From Candidatus Shapirobacteria bacterium (lineage in GTDB: Bacteria > Patescibacteriota > Microgenomatia > UBA12405), in the NCBI GenBank assembly GCA_030698565.1, contig JAUYJS010000005.1:10607-74606 (forward strand): DNA of 64,000 bases, written 5' to 3'. Below the pieces are notes generated by a model that saw only the letters and a list, made by a program, of their open reading frames with translations, was not told the DNA's origin and ran no database searches. Each line of letters starts with the position of its first letter. Position 1 is the stretch's first letter. Of the stretch, positions 57,444 to 64,000 are shown in pieces. The position numbers and the translations under genes were made by a program.

Positions 57444-59091
57444 ACGCCGGTTTATTATCTAAAAATTTAATTGTACTTAGTTTTTTAGAATTTTTTTCGG
57501 TGAAATTATTCGGACTGGTAATTAAGAGGTTTTTTTGTTTAGTTGATAATTGACTCGTGTAGGATTTTATTTCCCAATCATTTACAAATTTAAATTTATC
57601 AAAAGAATCAACCCAATACCAGTCGGCATGAAAATTCCAAGATTTGTTTTTGTCGTTTTGGTATTTTGCCGGATCCCATGGCCAGTAGAACAAAACAAAT
57701 TCATGAGGCTCACCATATTTTTTGGTAAAAATAATTTGATCATAATTGTCGTAATTCGCCTTAGCAAAAGTAACGGCTTCTTTGTAACCATATTGCCAGG
57801 ATTCTGAATAATTAAGAAAATAACTCTTGGTGTAGTTTTGCCAGTAAGAATAAAGTTGAAGTAAACTTATAAAAGTAATAATCAACAAAAATGTTGTTTT
57901 AGACGATTGTTTGTGAAGAAGATCGTATACTTTGAAAATTCCTAAGGTAATAGCAATTTGAGGAAGCGGCAAAATGGACATGGCCCGAATTACAGGAAAG
58001 TCACCGGCAGTAATTACGGACGGAATTAATCCGACAATATACCAGGCTAATAAAAATAAATAATTTTGGTTTTTATAATTTAATAACAATATTATTAAAC
58101 CAATATAGAAAAATGGTAGCCAAGAACTAAAAAGAATGCCGGTATTTGGAACATTAAATTGAAAGTTTTTACTACCTTCAAAAAAAATAGTTTTAGGATT
58201 GATAAATTCTAAATAATTTCCAAAAACATTAACCGTAAAATAGGTTGGTTTGTTATAAATTATCTTGGCGATTAACGGGTTTCCTTTAAAGTTATTTCTT
58301 TGTTGCTCAAGGTAATTTATAGCATTTTCGTTGATGACAAAAACCCAGCGACTTCTAGCTCTTGATTCCGGAGTTAGAAGATTGACGAGTTGAGGAATAG
58401 TTATAAATAAAAAAAGAAATAAAGAAATAAAAACAACAGTTTTGTTGGTTTTAAATATCCTTAATAATTGTTGCCTAAAAAACAATATAAATAAAACGAA
58501 AAGAAATGGAGCGACTATTCTAGTATTGTGATAAGCATAAGCAGATAAGGCCCAGAAAATCGTTCCTGGAATTAATAGAGTAGCCTTTTTAAGGCCATAA
58601 AAGTTGAGAGTAATGCCGAGTAGTAGAAAAAATAAAGCTATTGTTGATTGAAACACGGCCCTAGAAGAAAAGACTGTCCAGGGTGAAATTGCCACTAATA
58701 ACATAACTATCAGGGCATAATTTTTATTTTTAAAAATAATTTTGCTTAGAAAATATGACAAAGGCACAATCAAAAAGCCTAAAATTGCTGTTGGCAGACG
58801 AGTAGATAATTCGTTTAATCCTAAAAATTTAATGAAAGGAATGGTTAGATAGAGATTAGCTACGGTAGGATAATCGCCATAAGCCCTAAAATTAAAAATT
58901 GGCCACTGGTTTCCCCATTGATCTTTGCCTGTTTGCAATAGACTGTAAGCATCGTAGCCATGACTAATCTCGTCCCAATTTAGGCTTGGGGGTAATTTAG
59001 AAATGTTCCAAAATCTTAGAAAAAAGGCAAGTATTAAAATTAATGTAAAAGATAATTTATGAAGATTTGACATGGTTGCGGTTGATGACAA
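57421..59091 (-). CDS. GT-C membrane glycosyltransferase, GT39/ArnT/PMT_2 family. Paralog 3.
   Basis: WDEISHGYDAYSLLQTGKDQWG..FRAYGDYPTVANLYLTIPFIKFLGLNELSTRLPTAI. C-terminal GEPHEFVLFYWPWDP. Confidence 0.75.
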   Translation of the reverse strand: MSSTATMSNLHKLSFTLILILAFFLRFWNISKLPPSLNWDEISHGYDAYSLLQTGKDQWGNQWPIFNFRAYGDYPTVANLYLTIPFIKFLGLNELSTRLPTAILGFLIVPLSYFLSKIIFKNKNYALIVMLLVAISPWTVFSSRAVFQSTIALFFLLLGITLNFYGLKKATLLIPGTIFWALSAYAYHNTRIVAPFLFVLFILFFRQQLLRIFKTNKTVVFISLFLFLFITIPQLVNLLTPESRARSRWVFVINENAINYLEQQRNNFKGNPLIAKIIYNKPTYFTVNVFGNYLEFINPKTIFFEGSKNFQFNVPNTGILFSSWLPFFYIGLIILLLNYKNQNYLFLLAWYIVGLIPSVITAGDFPVIRAMSILPLPQIAITLGIFKVYDLLHKQSSKTTFLLIITFISLLQLYSYWQNYTKSYFLNYSESWQYGYKEAVTFAKANYDNYDQIIFTKKYGEPHEFVLFYWPWDPAKYQNDKNKSWNFHADWYWVDSFDKFKFVNDWEIKSYTSQLSTKQKNLLITSPNNFTEKNSKKLSTIKFLDNKPAFDIVSYE

Positions 59092-60757
59092 CTAAGGATA
59101 TCATAAGCCCAAATAAACTAATTAAGCTTAAGAGATTGGCAATTTTTCTTATGGGGGTGTCAACGAAATTTAGTTCAACTTCATAATCCCCTTTTGGTAA
59201 AGTGATCTTTATTAATCCGAGGTTTGGATCGATTTGATAGTCAGAGGGTTTATCATTTATTTTTATTCTCCATTTTGGAAAATAAACTAAAGGAAAAGTA
59301 ATTTCAGCTGAGCTGGAAATTACTTTTATTTGTGAATTTACATAATTACTTTTTTTGTCAAAGTATATTACTTCAATATTTGAATCTGGATTAGATGTTG
59401 GATTTTGTGGGGCAAAATAATCTGGAACTTTTTGGCTAAATTTGGGCCAATAATCTTTTAGTCCGGCACCACTTTGACTTATCAATTGTTCACCTTGGAG
59501 TTTTTGACTGTCGGTTAGATTGTTGTACCACAGGTCTTCTTTAAAGTAAGGTAAATTTATTAAAACGACCGAAACAATAAGCATTGATGAAATCAAATAT
59601 GAATAACGGGTATTTTTGATGATTTTGGGAAAATAACCCACAATAAAAGACAAACCAAAAATAGCTGGACCCAAAAAGCGCCAAGGAAATTGAAAATAAG
59701 GCATAAACGGTAGTAATTTCCAAATAAAAGTGGATCGGGAGTGAACTAAAAAAAGTGAAAACAAACTTAGCAAAAGAAAAAAGATAAAAAATACTTTTTG
59801 ATTTAATTTAATTTTGCGAAAATTTAAAAAAAGATAAATGGTTAGAATAATAGGAATAATCCAATGTAAAATACCTACTTGAAAAGACATACCATCGATA
59901 GGTCCCCATAAAGATGCGCCGTATCCCCAAAAATGGGAGAGCAAAAGTTGGTTTAAACCAACGAAGTGGATGGCATAATAAAAATAACCTTGGGTCATAG
60001 TGTCGAGAGTTACTAGGTTTTTTTCAAATACAGCAGGAAGTAAAAAGAAACTAGAAAGTAAAAGACTGAAAATAATTGGTGTAAAAGAGATAAATAAGGA
60101 TTTGAAATTAAATTTCTTATTTAGTAATAGTGTTATAAAAATAAAAATAGTTAATATAATTAGAACAACAAAACTAGTTAAATTGTGGCTCAAAATTAGA
60201 AGGGTTAAGAAAAATATAGGTGAAAATATGTTTTTAATATTTAAGTTTTTGGATGTAATTAATTTATAAATTGACCAAAAAACTAGAGGTACTAAACTAA
60301 GTGCCAAGAATTCAGCAATAGAACCTCGGACAAAAGAGTCGACTGCCATATAGGGAGAGAAAACGAAAAATATTGAAGAAACGATACCTCCCAAGCTTCC
60401 CCAAAATAAACTCGAAAAAAGATACATACCTATTCCGGCTATAACACGAGAAAAAACAAATGTAATTTTGATACTATTAATAAAACTAAAACCTAAGAGA
60501 TGAAAAATTTCCGATATAAAATAAGGTAGTGGTGAATAATAATTAAATAATGGGTAACCATAGCCCAGGCCGCCATCGGGAATATAACGACAAGGTATTT
60601 GAAGATCTTGGACACATTTGTCAAACTGCTCTAGGCGAAATATTTGCATGTCATCTTGCATGGAAAAGTACCCGGTGCGGAAAAGTCTAAAAGAGCTAAT
60701 TAACGAAAGGCTTAAAACTAGAATTATAGGAATTGTTTTTTTCCAATTTATTTTCAT
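59057..60757 (-). CDS. Polytopic membrane protein of a different family inserted in the GT39 array. It is a GT-C-like candidate.
   Basis: 566 aa with 14 or more TM helices. The first loop GYFSMQDDMQIFRLEQFDKC...DGGLGYGYPLFNYY has an acidic DD pair where GT-C enzymes carry their catalytic loop-1 acidic residues. The family is not assigned. Confidence 0.45.
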   Translation of the reverse strand: MKINWKKTIPIILVLSLSLISSFRLFRTGYFSMQDDMQIFRLEQFDKCVQDLQIPCRYIPDGGLGYGYPLFNYYSPLPYFISEIFHLLGFSFINSIKITFVFSRVIAGIGMYLFSSLFWGSLGGIVSSIFFVFSPYMAVDSFVRGSIAEFLALSLVPLVFWSIYKLITSKNLNIKNIFSPIFFLTLLILSHNLTSFVVLIILTIFIFITLLLNKKFNFKSLFISFTPIIFSLLLSSFFLLPAVFEKNLVTLDTMTQGYFYYAIHFVGLNQLLLSHFWGYGASLWGPIDGMSFQVGILHWIIPIILTIYLFLNFRKIKLNQKVFFIFFLLLSLFSLFLVHSRSTFIWKLLPFMPYFQFPWRFLGPAIFGLSFIVGYFPKIIKNTRYSYLISSMLIVSVVLINLPYFKEDLWYNNLTDSQKLQGEQLISQSGAGLKDYWPKFSQKVPDYFAPQNPTSNPDSNIEVIYFDKKSNYVNSQIKVISSSAEITFPLVYFPKWRIKINDKPSDYQIDPNLGLIKITLPKGDYEVELNFVDTPIRKIANLLSLISLFGLMISLVVINRNHVKSS

Positions 60758-60760
60758 CTT

Positions 60761-62530
60761 TTAATTAAGGCTAACAAAATAAAATTCTTCTTGATTTAAG
60801 TATTTGGTAGAAGTTTTGTTTATAAGTGTTATTTTAATATCTTTTCCGTTGGATTGATTATAATCCCTAATGCCATTTTCCATCCTTTCTTTTTCGTCTT
60901 TGGGGATAACAAAGATGCTTCCTGTAATATTGTTCCTATCTCTGGCTAATTTATTCCACTCTAGATGTCCAAAATAATATTTTTGTTCGGTTTGCATACC
61001 AGTAAAAAAATCGTTATTATCCCAGATTAAATTTTTGGCCGGAGAGCAAGTATTGTGAGTAGGAAGATATTTTTTGTAAAACAGAAAAAAAGGAATAAAA
61101 GACTCATGCTCGTTGCTAAAATAAATTTTTGTGGATGGAGGTAAGGATTCAGAAAATATAATCGTTTCTTTCATGCCGGTGTGCCAATCTCTGGCACTAT
61201 TTTGAGGATAGTGATATGTATAAAAATGATAAAAATCAAAGAAACAAAAAAGATAAAGACCAAGAGTCAATGTTAAAAAGATTTTGGAAAGTAATGGTTT
61301 TATTTTATTAAAATGTTCAAAAATATAATAAATACCAGAAAATGAGAAAAATAGCAGAGGGATAGACATAATAATTAATCTGGTACCATGGGCAGAATTG
61401 GAGTCACGAGTGAGAGCAAAAGGTATTGGTGCAAAAAATAGCCAGAGGATCATAAATTCGGAAAATTTAATCAGTAAGGTGCGTTTTGATTTTGGTTTTA
61501 ATAAAAACTGAAACGACGAGGTAATACCAATGAGTACAAAAATTAAATCAGGATAGAGCAGATAACCTCTTTGACCAAAGCCTTGACGAAGGTTGCTGTC
61601 CCCTTTCAAAAACAGAAAGTCAGTTGAAAAAGAAGAAAAATAATTGGTTATAAATTTAGACGAAACTTCAGTTAAATAATTGTGGGAAATTTTTGATAAT
61701 AATGAAGTTTGAAGGCCGATTTCTCCGTAATGATTTAATATGGCGTCTTCGTAACGAAGATAAGAATTGGTGGTTGGTATCACTGGGTTTCCAAAAATAT
61801 TTATGTAAGAAAATCTAAAACCGGCTCGGCCACGTAAACTATCAACAATAAAAGGTAATATAAAAATTATAATTAGCAAAAATATTTTTGTTTTATTTTT
61901 GATAGAAAATATTTCTTTTGACCAAACTAGGATCATCGATAGAGCAACAAAAACTAAAAATAATTTAGCGGTACTATAAAAATAGATAGAACTTATAAAA
62001 AAAAGTGCCGATAAAATCAAATGTAGGTTTTTTTTGCTGTCTAAATATTTTAGCCAATACAAAATTCCCAAAAGAAGAACTAATATCATACCGCTGACTT
62101 CAAACCCGGTGCGACTGTAATGAACAATCCAAGGTGAAATAGAAAAAAAGAATATACTTAAAAGTGCCCACCACTTATTATTTAATAGTTTTTTAATAAT
62201 AAAATAAAAAACTAAAGGTGAGATAAAACCAAAAATAACCGAGGGGAGCCGGACCGATAACTCGTTGGCACCGGTAAACTTTTGAACAAGAGATGTGGAA
62301 TAAATATATAAAGAAGTGCGCCAGTCGGAAAATGAATGGAAATGGGTGGGAAATTTATTACCAAAATAATCAGAAAAACAATTATTAAAAACAAAAGCTT
62401 GGTAACCAGCATCGACTTCGTCAGAAAATAAGGCTGGTGGGAGTTGAGTTAACCGGTATGTTTTAAAAAATCCATTAATAAAAAGTGTCGCTAAAAACAA
62501 AAAAATAAAGAATATGTTTTTAAATTTCAT
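60761..62530 (-). CDS. GT-C membrane glycosyltransferase, GT39/ArnT/PMT_2 family. Paralog 4.
   Basis: FSDEVDAGYQAFVF..FHSFSDWRTSLYIYSTSLVQKFTGANELSVRLPSVI. ISPWIVHYSRTGFE. Confidence 0.7.
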   Translation of the reverse strand: MKFKNIFFIFLFLATLFINGFFKTYRLTQLPPALFSDEVDAGYQAFVFNNCFSDYFGNKFPTHFHSFSDWRTSLYIYSTSLVQKFTGANELSVRLPSVIFGFISPLVFYFIIKKLLNNKWWALLSIFFFSISPWIVHYSRTGFEVSGMILVLLLGILYWLKYLDSKKNLHLILSALFFISSIYFYSTAKLFLVFVALSMILVWSKEIFSIKNKTKIFLLIIIFILPFIVDSLRGRAGFRFSYINIFGNPVIPTTNSYLRYEDAILNHYGEIGLQTSLLSKISHNYLTEVSSKFITNYFSSFSTDFLFLKGDSNLRQGFGQRGYLLYPDLIFVLIGITSSFQFLLKPKSKRTLLIKFSEFMILWLFFAPIPFALTRDSNSAHGTRLIIMSIPLLFFSFSGIYYIFEHFNKIKPLLSKIFLTLTLGLYLFCFFDFYHFYTYHYPQNSARDWHTGMKETIIFSESLPPSTKIYFSNEHESFIPFFLFYKKYLPTHNTCSPAKNLIWDNNDFFTGMQTEQKYYFGHLEWNKLARDRNNITGSIFVIPKDEKERMENGIRDYNQSNGKDIKITLINKTSTKYLNQEEFYFVSLN

Positions 62531-62563
62531 TTATATAGCTTATTTTATACTAACGTTAGGTTT

Positions 62564-64000
62564 TTATTGAGAAATGAATTTTGAACAAAAATAATTTTCT
62601 GTTTGCTTTTCCAAAACGAAATCGGATAATTTAAACAATTTATCTTTATTTACTGGGTTTGAATCAGAATTGCGGCAAGTGTGTCCATTATAAATAGAGT
62701 ACATTTCAATTTGGTCGGTTATTTTATTTATTGATAATTTTGATTGTTGAAAAAAGGCTATCGGAGTGATTTCTTTGTCGACTATTAATGTATATTTCCC
62801 TGTTTTAGGTAATTTTTCGCTGTCGTTTGTAAAGTGGATATCATTAAAATCAAATTGAGTTCTATCTTTTTGCTTGTAAAGTTTTTCAATTTTATTAAAA
62901 TTTGCTTTGGTTAACATGTTTGAATAAAACAAATAGTTGCGGAATAAAGAGTCTGGTTCTTTAGTTAGGATATAAATAGGTTGATTGTTGACTGTTTCGA
63001 ACTTAATATAATTACTGATTACCCTATAGCTTAAGTTAAATCCTTCAGATTGATAAATTGGATATCGGAAAAAATAAATATCTGAAAAATTTATAAAACT
63101 TAAAGTATAAATTAAAGATAAACTGACGAAAATTATTCTTTTAATTATTAATTTATTGGACCAGTTGATAAGTGCCACAAAACCAAGCCCGATCAAGATA
63201 TAAAAATATGGATACTGGAAACTCGAATGAAAGGCATAAGAGGGAATATCATCTGATCTGATGGCTTCGGGTATGGGTGACAATAATATTAATGATGTAA
63301 TTAATAGAAATTTTGGTTTACTCTTGGAGTAAAGATAAGCTAGTCCTAAAAGAATAAGAACAAGATCAAAGTAATAAAAGTAACCGTGTTGCCATAAAGA
63401 AATTAGGTAGGTGTGGTCGCCATGAAGAAAAAGAATGTCAGTTGAAAAATTATTTATATATTTTTCTAAAAATCTTTTGCTATAAACCGTATATTTATTG
63501 ACCATGAAATTTTTTAGTGGAGATTGAATAGTTTGGTTTCTTGTGGCTTCGACAATATTGGTAATTTTTATATCGTTAAATGTAGATAGCTCAGAAACAC
63601 GGCTATTTAATGATTGATGGCGGAGATTGAAAAAGAAATTTAAGATTAAGACTAAAACTAATAAGTTCAGGATTAAGTATTGTTTGGTGTATTTTTTATG
63701 ATTTAAGTAGATCCAGCAAAATAAGGTGGTGACAATAATAAAGGGAAGGATAAGAATTTTGGTACCAATATAGGTATAGAAAGCAAAAACTATTGGTATA
63801 AAGGTAAAAATAATTTTCCACTTTTTTTGAGTAATCAAAAGATAAAACGCTAAAAGGAAAAAGAAAGAGGCAATGGGAGCATCGAATGATGTTCGACTGA
63901 CAAAAATACTCCAGGGATTTATAGCAGCAGCAAAAGCCGCGAATTGAGCGATTTTAATGTCAAATAGTTTTAATGAAATTAAATATACAAGAATAATTGT
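62564..64000 (-). CDS. GT39/ArnT/PMT_2-family GT-C glycosyltransferase, paralog 5. It is partial because the N-terminus lies beyond the window end.
   Basis: The ORF track starts at a TTG at 63838, but the frame stays open to 64000. Hand translation upstream gives ...AAFAAAINPWSIFVSRTSFDAPIASFFFLLAFYLL, which aligns with the ISPW.(H/F).SR block of paralogs 1-4. The C-terminal motif NQPIYILTKEPDSLFRNYLFYSNM matches the shared C-terminal block. Confidence 0.6.
   Translation of the reverse strand, partial: TIILVYLISLKLFDIKIAQFAAFAAAINPWSIFVSRTSFDAPIASFFFLLAFYLLITQKKWKIIFTFIPIVFAFYTYIGTKILILPFIIVTTLFCWIYLNHKKYTKQYLILNLLVLVLILNFFFNLRHQSLNSRVSELSTFNDIKITNIVEATRNQTIQSPLKNFMVNKYTVYSKRFLEKYINNFSTDILFLHGDHTYLISLWQHGYFYYFDLVLILLGLAYLYSKSKPKFLLITSLILLSPIPEAIRSDDIPSYAFHSSFQYPYFYILIGLGFVALINWSNKLIIKRIIFVSLSLIYTLSFINFSDIYFFRYPIYQSEGFNLSYRVISNYIKFETVNNQPIYILTKEPDSLFRNYLFYSNMLTKANFNKIEKLYKQKDRTQFDFNDIHFTNDSEKLPKTGKYTLIVDKEITPIAFFQQSKLSINKITDQIEMYSIYNGHTCRNSDSNPVNKDKLFKLSDFVLEKQTENYFCSKFISQ

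Noticed and set aside
62564-63838. The ORF-track entry starting with a TTG at 63838 looked like an N-terminally truncated GT39 paralog or pseudogene.
   Set aside because: The reading frame stays open upstream to the window edge and encodes the conserved INPWSIFVSR block. The gene is simply cut by the window, not degraded.
1-64000. Searched for CRISPR repeats, tRNA- or rRNA-like GC-rich structured stretches, transposase or integrase genes, and toxin-antitoxin pairs.
   Set aside because: No direct-repeat arrays, no conserved RNA-like segments and no ORF with recombinase or transposase motifs were seen. Every large ORF is accounted for by glycan-biosynthesis families or polytopic membrane proteins.

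Overview
This window is an AT-rich (about 30% GC by eye), gene-dense locus read in the standard genetic code, with no in-frame TGA problems. It contains no rRNA, tRNA, CRISPR array, transposase or integrase that I can see. Almost the whole 64 kb is one very large glycan-assembly island, which suggests a CPR/Patescibacteria-like or other small low-GC genome. I count about 12 GT4 and 12 GT2 glycosyltransferases (Leloir type, using nucleotide-sugar donors), plus one two-domain GT4+GT2 protein. A Bac_transf priming phosphoglycosyl transferase is present. The nucleotide-sugar enzymes are ManC-like GDP-mannose pyrophosphorylase, GalE, Ugd and WecB. Both a Wzm/Wzt ABC exporter and Wzx-like / Wzy-WaaL-like membrane proteins are encoded. 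There is a tandem array of five GT39/ArnT/PMT-type GT-C membrane glycosyltransferases, and at least four further polytopic GT-C-like proteins (DUF2079-like, TMTC-like with TPR repeats, and two unclassified). Three GT2s of the polyprenyl-phosphate type could supply lipid-linked monosaccharide donors for the GT-C enzymes, and one of them is paired with a DUF2304-like small membrane protein. Six class I SAM methyltransferases, a hexapeptide O-acetyltransferase and a putative pyruvyl transferase could decorate the product. The less expected items are two cobalamin-binding radical SAM enzymes inside the GT2/methyltransferase block (one with an atypical CX4CX2C cysteine spacing) and a third radical SAM with a Cys-rich C-terminus between galE and ugd. 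Others are a NYN (LabA/PIN-like) nuclease-fold gene inserted between wzt and wzm, a fused SDR-epimerase/Gfo-Idh-MocA oxidoreductase, a YvcK/CofD-family protein, and a recurring TTGTATAA(A/T)-type promoter-like motif. One exact 18-mer copy of that motif lies inside a coding region in antisense orientation. Genes sit in long same-strand runs with many 4-14 bp start/stop overlaps, which points to polycistronic, translationally coupled operons. Both window edges cut genes.
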